NCBI GenBank assembly: GCA_001600695.1
Contig: BCKQ01000017.1
Coordinates: 62,001-126,000, forward strand
Source of the DNA: Ascoidea asiatica JCM 7603
Lineage: Eukaryota > Fungi > Ascomycota
Direction: 5' to 3'
Length of the DNA stretch: 64,000 nt
This document shows, in pieces, positions 1 to 12,774 of the stretch. The position numbers were made by a program, and so were the translations under genes. The notes under the pieces are model-generated. The model had not been told where the DNA came from. It saw only the letters and a program-made list of their open reading frames with translations, and made no database searches. How positions within the stretch are numbered: the stretch's first letter is position 1; each line of letters starts with the position of its first letter.

Positions 1-306
1 TCTTCACCATTCAATTCAAATTTTAGTATAAACAACAACAACAACAATAATAATAATAATAATAATAGTATCAATTACAATTCCAATTATAATTATAATT
101 ATAATTCTTACAATAATTCATCATCTTTATTACCTGTTCAAGAAGTTCTGAATGATTTTAATAATAATTTAAGAAGAGAAATTTCAAATAAAACTACAAA
201 AACTTCAAGAACTGCAAAAACTGAAATTATAGATTATCATTTAGTTTTTGATAGTGAAGTAGATTTCTCAAATAATTTTAATAATAGAAATGTTGCTCCA
301 ATATAA
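1..306 (+). CDS. 3' end of an Asn-rich protein (partial, runs off window start)
   Basis: Frame 1 is open from base 1 (SSPFNSNFSINNNN...DFSNNFNNRNVAPI) to TAA at 304-306; codon style matches other genes here. Confidence 0.6.
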   Translation, partial: SSPFNSNFSINNNNNNNNNNNNSINYNSNYNYNYNSYNNSSSLLPVQEVLNDFNNNLRREISNKTTKTSRTAKTEIIDYHLVFDSEVDFSNNFNNRNVAPI

Positions 307-965
307 TTTATTCATTTTCTTCTAAATATACTACTAACTATATCATATTCATGTTTATACTTCATACTTCATATTTCTCATTTCATATTTCATATTTCAC
401 ATTTATATTACATATTTCATATTATATCTATTTTTCATATGTTTTATTCCTCTCTCTCTTTTTATTTTTTTTTTTATTTTGTTATAAATTAATGATTTTT
501 GAATGTCTTTGAATGTCTTTGAATGCTTTTAATTGTTTTTGAATGAATTTTGTATGAATTTTTAATTTCGCAACTCATTTTACTTTATCTTATCTTTTTA
601 TGCTTTATTCTTTATATTTATCTTGTTTTATGCTTGTTTTTTAAATTAACCCTTTAATATAACTGTATTATAATCTTAATCTTAATTTTAATAGTTATAT
701 AAATATTTAGAAAATATTAATTCTAATCATCCCTTTTTTGTTAATTAATAAATTTTCATTTAAATACACATCCAATGCATTAAAAAAAAAAATATTTTAT
801 TATATTCTGTATATAAATATAAATATCGTAGATTATATAAAACTACAATTTCTTGCGTATTTGGGTTTCAATTGATTCATATGAAAATATATTTACTATA
901 TATTTATTATATCAAAAAAATATTTCATAATCACTTTATAAATTACTTAAGCTAAAGATTATTTC

Positions 966-1550
966 TTAAAACTCTACATCTTTAACACCATCTTTATCAA
1001 TAACTTTAACATAAACACCTTTAAAATCTATTGGCATTCTTGTATTTAATTCTTTAACACACACTTTTAAAAGTAATAAACCTTCTTCTGTAGTCATATC
1101 TGGACGATAATGACGATCTAATAATGAAAATGTATAAAATGCTGCATATCCATGAGCTGCATATGGTAATTCACAATTTGTACCTAAATAATCAATCCAA
1201 TTTAATGATGGATTATCATTATTTTCATCATAACCTGCTATTAATACATTAACTTGAAATGGTTTTCTAGATCTTAAAGATTGTGCTAATTGATTTCTTA
1301 TGAAACTTGAAATTGCCTTTGGTGAAAGTTCAAAACCTTCTCTCATTGAATATAATTGTATATTAGCTTGCATTAATTCTGCAAATTGTGTTGTATCTCC
1401 AGATTCTCCTGTATATGCCATTAATGAATGATCTGATAATTTTCTTGTTTTATCATCAGTTTCTTTTAAAACTGAAATACCTCTTGTAAATGCTTTTGAT
1501 GTAGCTATAATTACAGAATCTTTTACTTTAATACCAAGAATAATATCCAT
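966..1550 (-). CDS. PRE1: 20S proteasome beta-4 subunit
   Basis: MDIILGI...TRGISVLK, GESGDTTQFAE, RSRKPFQVNVLIAGYD, IDYLGT..LPYAAHGY motifs; 194 aa. Confidence 0.96.
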   Translation of the reverse strand: MDIILGIKVKDSVIIATSKAFTRGISVLKETDDKTRKLSDHSLMAYTGESGDTTQFAELMQANIQLYSMREGFELSPKAISSFIRNQLAQSLRSRKPFQVNVLIAGYDENNDNPSLNWIDYLGTNCELPYAAHGYAAFYTFSLLDRHYRPDMTTEEGLLLLKVCVKELNTRMPIDFKGVYVKVIDKDGVKDVEF

Positions 1551-1726
1551 TTTGTTATTTACTTAAGTTAATTGAGTATATGTTGTATTTAAAAATAATG
1601 ATCTATAAACTTTCAATAAGTAATTTGATAAATTGATAAACTAATAAACTGATAAACTATTAAAAATAATATTCACAATTTGTTATTCATTATTTGATTA
1701 AATCTTCTTTAAATTGACTTTGGAGT

Positions 1727-1736
1727 TTTTGCCTCT
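1727..1736 (-). promoter_or_regulatory. Rpn4/PACE-like element (AGAGGCAAAA) upstream of PRE1
   Basis: ttttgcctct about 180 bp upstream of the PRE1 ATG; resembles the Candida-type Rpn4 site GRAGGCAAAA. Confidence 0.45.
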
Positions 1737-2408
1737 TTCACTAAAATTATCCACGGAGCTTCATTTCACTACGACTGAGAATAAACTGCGGTGGAGCAAT
1801 ACGGTGGGCTAATGATGGGAATGGACACCCACAAAAGCGGTCTCGGTTGGAAATTTTCAATTTTTCTGCTTTAATCGAAATATTTTGGAATTTATTAAGA
1901 AATTTAAGATACTATATATTTAATTGCAATTTCTTTACTTTTTACAAGAAAAAAAGTATGATAAATATCATCATATCCAGTCTAAAGATAACAATTGAGT
2001 TACAAATTACTTAAGTAATTATGTGGTAGGAACCTAAAAAGTCCAGTTAGCTTTTTATGTTAAATTTTTGGGGTTTCATGAAATAAATATGAGATTTACA
2101 TACTTTCAGACAATATTGATCAATTACAAAAAGAGATAAAAAGACAAAAGAAAAAAAAAGTTCATAAAATCTAATGTTCAATGCAAGTATCTTGTCTGAA
2201 CAGAAACAGTTCTCATTTTTCTTTCTGGATGTATACATAACAAATAAATTACTACTGTGATTCTTTGAGCTAATATATATAAAGATATAAAATTTTATAT
2301 TGAACGATTGTAATATACAAATAAATAAAACCAACAAAAAAGAACAGTCTAAAACAATTTCATACAAAATATATAGAACTCATTAAGAATTCATAAAAAA
2401 CACTAATC

Positions 2409-5327
2409 TTATAAGGGTAAAAACATTAACCTATTAGAATTATAAAATTCATTAATATTCTTTTTTATAAAAGATTTGTCAATATCAGAAATCGATTGTA
2501 TTTCAGGATAAACTTTAGAGATACTTTCTTCAATAATTTTAAAATCGTTTGCATTACTGCCAACAGATTTCATATATATGTATGTTAAGTAACACATATC
2601 AGCATAAGTCTGTAAGAAATTTTGCAGTAATAAAGATGGATTATTTTTTGATTCTAAAACCTCAGATTCAGAAACTTCTTGATCATCATAATTTTCATCT
2701 TCTGTACTTTTATTCTCAATATTTGAATTTTCTTTATATTTCTCTAAGGCATTATGTTTCTCTATAAATAACAAAGATTCTTTAAAACAATCTAATAAAG
2801 ATTTCAAAATTTTTTCTTTATAGGGCTGAAAAAATATATTATTATATATATCAATATTCGAATCAAAAAATTCAATATAATCATTACAATCCATATTACC
2901 AGAAATAAGCCAAGTTGAAATTTGTTGCAATAATGAAGTTAATTTTATTGAAGGTAAAACGGGAAGATCATTTTCCCATAATTCATATTCTATAGGTTTT
3001 TCCAATTCATTTGATATAATAATATCTATTTTTTCTTTTTTTAAAGCTTCAAAAGGAGAAGAATCTGTAATTTCAAGTTTAAAATCTTCTTCTTTTAAGT
3101 TATTTTTTCTTATTCCGAATCTATTTAAAATCAATTCAATTAATATTATATTACTTTTTTTTGATGTTCTTTCAACGATATAATTAAAATAGGTATTAAT
3201 AACTTTTTTTAAATTTTTAGATAACTCAATTAGATTATTAGAGCTTAAATCTTTTTGATTCTGATTTTCTTGAAAATTTATCAATTTCGAAAATTCTTCA
3301 TTTGTTATTAAAGAATGAAATTTGATTAAAATTCTAATAGTATTAAAGATTTTCTCATTATCAAGTAAATTTTTTTCAGATTTAAATTTTGCATCATTAA
3401 TATCAAAATATTTTAAAAATTTCTCAAAACTTTCTAAAATATTTTTAATTAAAATATTATTCCAAATATCATTAAATAAAATTTTAAATATATTAACATA
3501 TTTTTTTTGAAATTCAATAGTTTTAATTTTGAAATCATCATAATTTGTAATATTTAACATAAAATCAATTTCAAAAGTTGAATCATTTAAAAAGACTTGA
3601 TTTGAAAGTTCTTTCAGTATGAATTCATTATAAAATTGACTTTTAAATATAATTAAAATTGAATTAAGAGATTGAAAAAGTTTTATAATATCAGATAATA
3701 AGTTTTTAAAGAAAAAATTAAGTTGATCATTATTTGAAACGGAAATTTTATTATTTAAAGATAAATTTTGTATAGAAATCAAATAATTATTTATATCATT
3801 ATTTTTTTTATAAAATTGATTTTTTTTCAAAGACCATAAATTATCATTTAAATTATCATAACTATCAGAATTATTACTTTTATCAAAATTAAAATTATGA
3901 TTTTTAATTGTAGATAAAATATTATTCATATTTGAAATATAATTTTGAATTGTTATTATTAATGAAATTTTCCATTTATCTATTAATATTGACATTAAAT
4001 CATTTGAAACTATATTATTTGAAGAATAAGATGAATTTGAAAAATCTTGAGATTGATTTAAAAGAGAATGAAATTGTCTTAAAGTTGAGTAAGAAAACTT
4101 AATTAAATCAATTAATTGTTTGATTTTTTTATCATAAGATAAAAATTTATTATTTTGAATAAAATTTAAGATATTTGAAAATTTGATTATAACTATATTT
4201 GTAATTTTATTTGAAAAATTATTATTTAAATTATTTAAAATTTCATTAGAAAAAGAAGATGATAATGAATCAATAGAATAAATTTGATTATTAAATTTCA
4301 GATTTTTAATTTTATTTTGATTATTCAAGAAATAATGTCTTATTGAATTTGAAGTGAAAGATTTAAAAGAATTAAAATCAAAATTTAAATTTTGAAGTAA
4401 AATTGATTGAAATTTATTTGAATTAAATAAGGAATTAATATGATTTATTGATTGATAAGAATAATTAAAAAAAGATTTAAAATTATTTAATTGAAAAGAA
4501 GATTCCAGAGAAGATAAAATATTTTCTGCTTTTGATAATCTTAAATCAAAATAAAAATTTATAATTTCAGAATAATTGAAATGAAAAATAAATGTAAGAG
4601 ATATTAAAGAATAAAGTAATAAATCAGATTGATTATAAGTATTTGATTCAATATCAAAATCTTTAACATTCTCAGTTAATAAATTTATAAAATTTTTTTT
4701 AATTGAATTAAATTTTTTAAATAGAATTGAATTATTAGATAGTTGAATATCAAAATTCAATTGAATAAAATAAAAAATTTTAGATAAAATTATTAAGTTA
4801 TTTAAATTATTTATATTACTATTTGAATTATTATTTGAATTATTCAATTTTTTAAAATTTTTAAATTTTTTAATTTCAGATAATTTCAATTCAATATTGA
4901 ATAATAAATTTCTTAAAATTATTTCTTGATTTTGATTAATTATAGAATTATAGTTTTTTTCATTGATATCATTATTAAATTTGAATAAATTTTTTGAATA
5001 ATTAGAACTTAAATATTTTAATTCATTACTTTTTAATTCATCTAATGAACATAACTCATTTAATTTTTTATCTTCAATTTTTATCAAATCATTCATTTGA
5101 ATTATTGAATCTGCAGTTGAGAGTAATTCTCTATACTTATTCACAACTAAATTTTTTAAATCATTTTTAGATTGATCTCTGATATTGATTATATTTGATT
5201 GAATTGATTTTATTTGATTAACTGAAAAAGATTTAAATAAATCATCAGGATCTTTATTTAATAAATCTTCAGGATTACTTAATGAAAAATTAAAAGGAGT
5301 GATTTTTGAAGATACATTAGAAGCCAT
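2409..5327 (-). CDS. COG1: Conserved oligomeric Golgi complex subunit 1 (Vps51/COG1 N-terminal domain)
   Basis: N-terminal DPDDLFKSFS..IK.I...SKNDLKNLVVNKYRELLSTADSIIQM matches the COG1 N-terminus; 972 aa; ends NRLMFLPL. Confidence 0.72.
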   Translation of the reverse strand: MASNVSSKITPFNFSLSNPEDLLNKDPDDLFKSFSVNQIKSIQSNIINIRDQSKNDLKNLVVNKYRELLSTADSIIQMNDLIKIEDKKLNELCSLDELKSNELKYLSSNYSKNLFKFNNDINEKNYNSIINQNQEIILRNLLFNIELKLSEIKKFKNFKKLNNSNNNSNSNINNLNNLIILSKIFYFIQLNFDIQLSNNSILFKKFNSIKKNFINLLTENVKDFDIESNTYNQSDLLLYSLISLTFIFHFNYSEIINFYFDLRLSKAENILSSLESSFQLNNFKSFFNYSYQSINHINSLFNSNKFQSILLQNLNFDFNSFKSFTSNSIRHYFLNNQNKIKNLKFNNQIYSIDSLSSSFSNEILNNLNNNFSNKITNIVIIKFSNILNFIQNNKFLSYDKKIKQLIDLIKFSYSTLRQFHSLLNQSQDFSNSSYSSNNIVSNDLMSILIDKWKISLIITIQNYISNMNNILSTIKNHNFNFDKSNNSDSYDNLNDNLWSLKKNQFYKKNNDINNYLISIQNLSLNNKISVSNNDQLNFFFKNLLSDIIKLFQSLNSILIIFKSQFYNEFILKELSNQVFLNDSTFEIDFMLNITNYDDFKIKTIEFQKKYVNIFKILFNDIWNNILIKNILESFEKFLKYFDINDAKFKSEKNLLDNEKIFNTIRILIKFHSLITNEEFSKLINFQENQNQKDLSSNNLIELSKNLKKVINTYFNYIVERTSKKSNIILIELILNRFGIRKNNLKEEDFKLEITDSSPFEALKKEKIDIIISNELEKPIEYELWENDLPVLPSIKLTSLLQQISTWLISGNMDCNDYIEFFDSNIDIYNNIFFQPYKEKILKSLLDCFKESLLFIEKHNALEKYKENSNIENKSTEDENYDDQEVSESEVLESKNNPSLLLQNFLQTYADMCYLTYIYMKSVGSNANDFKIIEESISKVYPEIQSISDIDKSFIKKNINEFYNSNRLMFLPL

Positions 5328-6358
5328 ATTGTTTTCAATTGAAATTGTTTTATATTCTTGCCCTCGAAGCTTTGTTCCACGCTTAATATGATCTTATTCA
5401 ATATATAGTCCAATATATAATTCAATTGATTACTGAATTGGTGATAAGTATCTTGTTTGTTGTTCTGTTCAATTGAATAAAAGAAAGTTACTTTTATTTC
5501 CCTGTTAATAACAACTTAACCAATAGATCCAAGTTGTCCACTCCCGCGGTCACGTGCTGTATTATATTTTGTTTTGTTTCTGGCGGTTTCCGTTTTTGTT
5601 TTGCTTTGCCGTTTCTGCGTGCCGACAAACTTTGACTTTGACCAGATTTTATGGGGGTAGAAAGAAGAATTGTAGCGATTTCTGGAAGCAGAGTGAAATG
5701 GCAGTCAGCGAAAATCAACGAGCAGTGGTTGAGTGTATTACGTATTGATAGCCAGGGGGTCACTGTTGATAGGGTGTGCTATGGCTTTCTGTATGGCTAA
5801 CTGAACATAAGAGAGACACTATTTGAAAGAGAGTGTATTTGAAATAGTATGTGAGAGAAAAAGTATTTGTGATAGTGTATTAGATAGTATTGGAGATTCA
5901 TTTGAGTTACTGGAATTATTAATTAATTATCCACTAATGTTGCAAGAATAATAAACTCTCTATAGCAGAATTATTCACCTTCAATAACATTCAAATTCAA
6001 CGGGAAATGCTTTTTTTTCTGTTGTTCAGCATGATAATATTTGGTGAAATCATCAAGTCCATTAGCCCGAAACACTGAAATTTTAATACAGTAAAATTTA
6101 GGCCTCCCAAAAAACGAAATAACAAAAACCCAAACAATACAACAGACCCTCTTGTTAGCAAAATTAGTTTTTGAAAATTAATGTAGTTTATTTATTGCAC
6201 TTTGAAAACGGCGAGGGGTCACTTTTTCCCTTTTCATTTTCCTTCATTTCTTGTTTTTGTCTCAAGTTTTGAACTTTAAAATTTTTCCATCATAATAATT
6301 TAATCCTAAAAAAATATTTATAAAATAAGTGTGTAAAAATATGTGCTCCAGAGGTAAA

Positions 6359-6370
6359 CCCCGGATTATT
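6359..6370 (-). promoter_or_regulatory. Mig1/CreA-like glucose-repression site upstream of JEN1
   Basis: Reverse complement AATAATCCGGGG fits an AT-rich flank plus SYGGRG; JEN1 is classically glucose-repressed. Confidence 0.35.
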
Positions 6371-6846
6371 CTATCAAAAAATAACTCAAGATATCGATAA
6401 AGGTAACCGATAAAAAGAAATTTGTAAAAAAACATTATAACAACATGGTAAAAACATAGTAAAAATACAGTAAAAACAAAAAGAAAACTTTTAATTTCAA
6501 ATCCATTCTTCTTTTATTTTTTTACTTAGCAAAAAATTTCATTTTATTTCTTATTGGTTAATATTTTAATTGTTTTTTTTTGTTTGAGTAATAATCTCTT
6601 TTTTAAATTTGATTAAAGCTTATAATATGATTTTATTTTTATTAATTCAAAAACTTTTTTTACTTTATTTTGAAAATATTCTCTTATAAATTAAAACATT
6701 TATCTCCTTATTATTTTTGATTATCACTTATCTATTATTATCATTAATAACTTAATACATATAATACTATAATATCATATAATAAATAATAAATATAACA
6801 ATATAATATAATATAATATAATATAATATAATATAAAATAATAAAA

Positions 6847-8451
6847 ATGTCGGTATTTGAAGAATATGAGGATAAAAAAGGTAAACCATATTGGACATCA
6901 TCAATAGATATTAATCATGAAGATACAAGACCAGATTTTAGATTAAGATCAATAATTAATTATTTTAAATCAAGAATTCCAACATTATTTCATCTTCATC
7001 ATACAGATTTAAATAAATTAAATCCAATACCATCATTAAGATTAATGACTTTACAAAATTGGAATTATTTTTTTATGGGATATTTTGCATGGACATCAGC
7101 ATCATTTTCATTTTTTTGTGTTTCAGTTTCTGGTACACAAATTGCAAAAACTCTTAATGTTTCAACATCAGATATAACATGGGGTTTATCATTAGTTTTA
7201 ATGTTTAGAAGTATTGGAGCTGTAATTTTTGGATATATTACAGATAAATATAGTAGAAAATGGCCATATATAATTTGTTTAATAATGTTTGTTGGTACAC
7301 AAATTGGTACTGGATTTGCAACAACTTATGCACAATTTCTTGGTATTAAAGCAGTTTCTGGTATTGCAATGGGAGGATTATATGCACCAGCAGCATGTAC
7401 AGCAATTGAAGATTCACCAATGACAGCAAGATCATTTTTAAGTGCATTATTTTTTTCAGGATATGCAATGGGATTTATTTATGCAGCAATATTTAATAGA
7501 GCATTTGCAAAATATGAAAAATCATGGCAAGCATTATTTTGGTTTTCAGCAGGATTACCATTTATTTTAATTTGTTGGAGATTATGTTTTTCAGAAACCA
7601 ATTTTTTTTTAAGATTACAAAAAGCTAATTTTGCACATAAAGATTCAAAAGAATATGAAATTGAGAATTTTAAAAAAAAATTTAAAAATTTTATTGAACA
7701 AATTAAAGTTCATTGGATTTTATTTATTTATTTAATTTTATTATTAGCAGGAGGAAATTATTTAACACATGCATCACAAGATTTATATCCAACAATGTTA
7801 AGAAAACAATTAAAATTTTCAGAAGATTCAATAACAGTTGCAATTGTTGTAACAAATATTGGAGCAATACTTGGATGTTTTATAATTGGAGCTTTAATGG
7901 AAATTACAGGTAGAAGATTAACATTAGTTATAGTTTGTATATGTGGAGGAGCATTATGTTATCCAGCATTTATGTTACATAGTAAATCAAGTACACTTGC
8001 AGCTGGATTTTTTTTATTTTTTAATGTTTTAGCAACATGGAGTGTATTTCCAATACATTTAATGGAATTATCACCAGCAGAAAGTAGAGCATTAATATCA
8101 GGATTAGCATATCAATTAGGTAATTTAGCATCATCAGCATCATCAACAATTGAAACAAAAATTTCAGAAACTTATCCATTAGAAGATGGAATATTTGATT
8201 ATGCAAAAGTTATGACAATTTTAACAGGTGCAACATTTCTTTATTGTTTAGTAATTGTTATTTTAGGACCAGAAAGATTTCATAGAGATTTAAGTACAAA
8301 AGCAATGAAAAAATATAATCAAAATTCAGATAATATTGATGTTAATAAATTAAAAGAAAAACTTAATATTAAAGATGAAGATAATGAAAATGATAATGAA
8401 AATGAAATTTCATCTAAAGAATTTATAGTTCAAGATGAAAATTTAAAATAA
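6847..8451 (+). CDS. JEN1: Monocarboxylate/H+ symporter (MFS, SHS family)
   Basis: NPIP.LR.MT.QNWNYFFMGYFAW, DITWGL.LVL..RS.GAVIFG, and the JEN signature NYLTHASQDLYPT; about 12 hydrophobic segments. Confidence 0.92.
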   Translation: MSVFEEYEDKKGKPYWTSSIDINHEDTRPDFRLRSIINYFKSRIPTLFHLHHTDLNKLNPIPSLRLMTLQNWNYFFMGYFAWTSASFSFFCVSVSGTQIAKTLNVSTSDITWGLSLVLMFRSIGAVIFGYITDKYSRKWPYIICLIMFVGTQIGTGFATTYAQFLGIKAVSGIAMGGLYAPAACTAIEDSPMTARSFLSALFFSGYAMGFIYAAIFNRAFAKYEKSWQALFWFSAGLPFILICWRLCFSETNFFLRLQKANFAHKDSKEYEIENFKKKFKNFIEQIKVHWILFIYLILLLAGGNYLTHASQDLYPTMLRKQLKFSEDSITVAIVVTNIGAILGCFIIGALMEITGRRLTLVIVCICGGALCYPAFMLHSKSSTLAAGFFLFFNVLATWSVFPIHLMELSPAESRALISGLAYQLGNLASSASSTIETKISETYPLEDGIFDYAKVMTILTGATFLYCLVIVILGPERFHRDLSTKAMKKYNQNSDNIDVNKLKEKLNIKDEDNENDNENEISSKEFIVQDENLK

Positions 8452-8887
8452 TTGATTAATTAATTAATTAATTGATTATTTAAAACATATTTTGATATAA
8501 ATACAGATATGAATATAAGCATGAATATAAACTTAAATATAAATATAATATAAATATATAAATACAGATATATAAACCTTTAAATTAATAAATTTTTCTC
8601 ATTTTTTTTTCTAATTATTAGTAATTTTAATTTAGAATCAATAATTCTATTCCCCTTTTTTTTGAAATAATCCGATAATAAATGCTGATAGTAATGTAAT
8701 ACAATAATAGTTTTACCGATAATAGTTATTTAGACCCATGAAAGTGGCTTTTAAGATTTGATTATATTGGGACAGCATTTTTTATACAGGTTTATACCGA
8801 TTGTTACGTTTTTTAAATTGCAAGAAGGTACACCATTAAACTGGATTCAATATTATTTCAACCTAAAAATTTTAAAATCAGAAATCA

Positions 8888-8923
<36 letters not shown>

Positions 8924-10308
8924 AAAAAGCATTTAAAAATTCAAAATTACTAATTTCTGGTTGGAAAATATGATATTTATATAAAAATAGTTTTTTGAAA
9001 TAGTTTTCCAAAGTAGCAAAAAAAGAGGAATTTGAAATTGAATGAGAAAATGAAGATGTTTAGGATAAATTCTATTAATGTTTCCCCCAATCTTTCATCA
9101 CTTTATTAATGTTGTAATGGCGCAGTAGTTAAAGAATTAAAAATAGAAATAAAAACAGATCGAATCCTGGATAAAAAGAAGAAGACAAAGGACTTTCAAT
9201 TGAAAATAAACGAAAGATCAAATGATGGTGGGGAAAAAGAATCGAACAAAGAAAATATTAAAGAAGTAAAAGAAGTAAAGGAAATGGAAAAAGCATCAGT
9301 GATCAAGTTGTAAGAAAAATAGGTGGAATAGTAGAGACCAGCATCACGGATCAATATTGAAATATATAAAGCACGTGGTTGCAATATATTTTTGTTTTTT
9401 TTAAAGTGGGAGTGCTGGCGTGTGTGCCAGAAAGAGTAAACGCCACTCTAAGCGGTATGTGGCATATCAGCAAAGCTTAGATCCCAGTCAAAAAGAAAAT
9501 TGTAGTAAGAAGAAATGCATTTTTTGTTGTTGTTGATGTTTTTGGGTGAAATCAAGCCAAGATTCTTCCCAATTGAGCCGAGAGGAACATGAAAATGGAA
9601 AATGGAACTGGCGGTGCAGAACCACCGCTGCCGACGGAAACGATACTCTTTTTTTGATATTTTTTGTTATTCTTTTAAAGCGCAGTTGTTGAATTCTTCA
9701 GTTGCAACTGAAATTGAATGAAATTGAGTGAAATTGAATGAAACTGAGAGAAATGAAATGAAATGACTTTTCTTGAGCTGACTTCTTGAATTGGCCTTGT
9801 TGAATGACATTTTACGCAGCTTTGGAGTGTTTTCTTTTCTTTTCCTTACTTTCTTTCTTTCTTTCTTTCTTTGTTTCTTCACTTTCCCTTTCTTTCTCTT
9901 CACTTCATTCAGTCTTCAAAGTAACGCCAGGATCAAATTGATCAATTTCAGCTTCATTTTCTCTTCAATTCCCATACTCTTAATAAACTGCTACACTTCT
10001 GTTATTATTCCCTTTCTTTTCGTTTAACTCCATAATTTCTTTTTATTTACTTACTTATTTATTTATCTATTTCCTTATTGATTCATTTGAAGGTATTCTT
10101 ATTTATTTACTTATTTATTTTCTAATCTCATCCTTCCTGATTGAATAAAATAAAATACGTTTCCTTTGATTCTCATATTATAAATTTATAAAACATTCAT
10201 AATAAAGATCAATAATACAAATCCATAATCAATCAATCAATCAACTATCATCAATCATCAATCATCAATCATCAAACAATAATAAATAATAAATAATAAA
10301 TAATCAAA

Positions 10309-11205
10309 ATGAAAAGATTTCATGCCTTTACTACTGCTGTTAGTTTTTTTCTATTGGCAGGAACTTTATTACTTTTAATATTAACTGTAATGTCAGGTTC
10401 AACAACTTCATTTCCAATTTCTAAATTTTATTGGGTTGAAGCTTCAACTTCTGATATTCCAAATGCTCCTGATGTAACAAGATGGACTTTTTGGGGTAGA
10501 TGTGAAAAAATAAATAATAGAAATAGAAATTGTGTTGATTTAGCTCCTGCTTATCCAATTTCTCCTGTTGATAATTTTGATACTGATACAAATGTACCTT
10601 CCAATTTTATTAATGATAGAGATACTTATTATTATCTTTCAAGATTTTCATTTGGTTTATTTTGGGTAGGTTTAGTATTCACTGCAATCTCATTTATAAC
10701 TGAAATTTTTGCTTTATGTTCTCATACAATTCAAAAAATTGAAGTATTTTTTTTATCAATTGCATTTTTTTCAACAATTACTGCAACTTCTTTAATCACT
10801 GCAACTGTTGCTTTAACTAAAAATTCTTTTAAAAATTCTGATTTATCTTCTGGAATTGGTTCAATAATGATGGGTACAACTTGGGCTTCTTCTGTTTGTT
10901 TATTAATTGTATTCATTTTTAATTTTAGTTCTTGTATTAAAGAATCTTATTTAAATTCAAAAGAAAAATATTTAAATAATAAAAAAAATAATTATGATAA
11001 TGATGATAAAAATTCAAATACTATTAATACAAATAATAATAAAGATATTGATCAACAACCTGATTTAATATTAAATGATAATACTTCTTTTGTTGATCCA
11101 TATGCTCAAACTTCAACTCAACAACAACCTCCTCATAAATCAAGTAGTGGTATAAAATTTTTCACAATAAGAAGAAATAAAAAAACTGATGAAGATTCAA
11201 TATAA
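10309..11205 (+). CDS. SUR7: Eisosome/MCC tetraspan protein, SUR7/PalI family
   Basis: RWTFWGRC..C..LAPAYPISPVDNF, RDTYYYLSRFSF, 4 TM segments, C-terminal GIKFFTIRRNKK.DEDSI. Confidence 0.88.
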   Translation: MKRFHAFTTAVSFFLLAGTLLLLILTVMSGSTTSFPISKFYWVEASTSDIPNAPDVTRWTFWGRCEKINNRNRNCVDLAPAYPISPVDNFDTDTNVPSNFINDRDTYYYLSRFSFGLFWVGLVFTAISFITEIFALCSHTIQKIEVFFLSIAFFSTITATSLITATVALTKNSFKNSDLSSGIGSIMMGTTWASSVCLLIVFIFNFSSCIKESYLNSKEKYLNNKKNNYDNDDKNSNTINTNNNKDIDQQPDLILNDNTSFVDPYAQTSTQQQPPHKSSSGIKFFTIRRNKKTDEDSI

Positions 11206-11862
11206 TTACCTTTTAATTAATCTATATAATATATCATATTCAATTTCTTATTTCCAATCCAATTCCCAATCCAATTCCCAATTCCCAATTCTTTATCAAT
11301 CCCATAAATCTATATTTTACGTTCAATTACTTTATATATACCTAAACATATATTATTTTATTAATTAACTATTATCTATAAAAAAAAAATAAAGAACATT
11401 ACTTCTTAACAAAAAAAATTAATATCAATTTTCTTTCTTCCTTCCTTTCTTTCTTTCAATTTATAATTTATAATTTATAATATTCAATCTATAATTTTTA
11501 ATTTTTTACAAAGTACAATCTTTACTTTTAATTTTAATCAATTTTTTTCAAACTTTTTTTCAAATTTTTTTGTTTTTTTATCAATTATTATTATAATTTA
11601 ATTCAATAATTTATTATTACAATATTCTATCTACTAATTTAATAAATCTAATCAATTTACTGTATATTTAAATAATAAAATATTCAATTCTACAATTCTT
11701 CAACTCATTTACTTGTTTATTTTATTTTATTTTCTTTTCTTTTCTTTTGTTTGTTTGTTTGTTTACTTTTAAAAAACATTCATGATGAACTTAGCGAACA
11801 TGATTTCTTATCGAACAACAATTGTTCGTTAAAATCAATCTATTGAAACTCCGGCAGTTAAT

Positions 11863-11917
11863 TGTAAACAAACACTATTAACAACACGAACAACTTGTTC
11901 ATGAACACAATAAACAA
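11863..11917 (+). promoter_or_regulatory. Forkhead (GTAAACAA) and Hcm1-like (ATAAACAA) sites upstream of DAM1
   Basis: tgtaaacaaaca near 11863 and aataaacaat near 11909; consistent with cell-cycle control of a spindle gene. Confidence 0.3.
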
Positions 11918-12170
11918 TTTCCATACTTAGAATCATAACTTTTTGCCGCTCTCAATGGAATATGTAAAGTTAACATTATTTATTTATTTATTTAATCAAT
12001 TCTAAGAAACCTTTAATATTAATCTACATTTAATACAACTAATACTGTTTAATCAATCGATACCATTAATAAATACAATTATTCTTTAATAGAGTTGAAC
12101 AAATAGAATATTGATTAATAATAAAGCTTTCATATCATTTCATATATCAATTATCTTTAATTATAATAAA

Positions 12171-12730
12171 ATGTCTAATAGATTCTCAATAAATTCTACT
12201 TCAACTTCAAAAATTGGAAATAAAAATTTAACAATAAGTGAAATTATTCAAAAAACAACAACTTCAAATAATAATGAATATAATAATGAATTTGAAAATA
12301 ATAGAAGTTCAGAAACTATATTAACTTCAAATTCAAAATCTTTAATTTTAGAAAATAAAATTATAAAATTTTCTGAATCTTTAAAAGATTCTGATTTAAA
12401 AATGCAAAATTTACAAAGAATTAATGATAGTATAGCTAATTTTAATGAATGTTTTTCAAGTTTTCTTTATGGTTTAAAATTAAATGCATGGTGTGTAAAT
12501 TTTCCAGAAAGTCCAATTTTAGAAAATTTTAATCAATTAAATAAATCAATTGAATTAGATTATAAAATTTTAAAAATTAAAAAAAATATTCAATTTTTAG
12601 AAAATGATTTAGGTATAAATTCTAATTCAAATTTATTTTTAAATGAATCAAATTTAGATTCAACTGAATCTTTTATTGAAAATCCACAATTAATTAATAA
12701 TAATAAAATTTCAAAAATTAATACTACTAC

Positions 12731-12774
<44 letters not shown>

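Noticed and set aside
2047-2367. 106-aa ORF between PRE1 and COG1 (also 28456-28656)
   Set aside because: The first has a non-ATG start; both give hydrophobic translations typical of T-rich UTR or terminator DNA
11781-11960. C/D snoRNA (ATGATGA C box)
   Set aside because: No suitably placed CTGA D box or terminal stem
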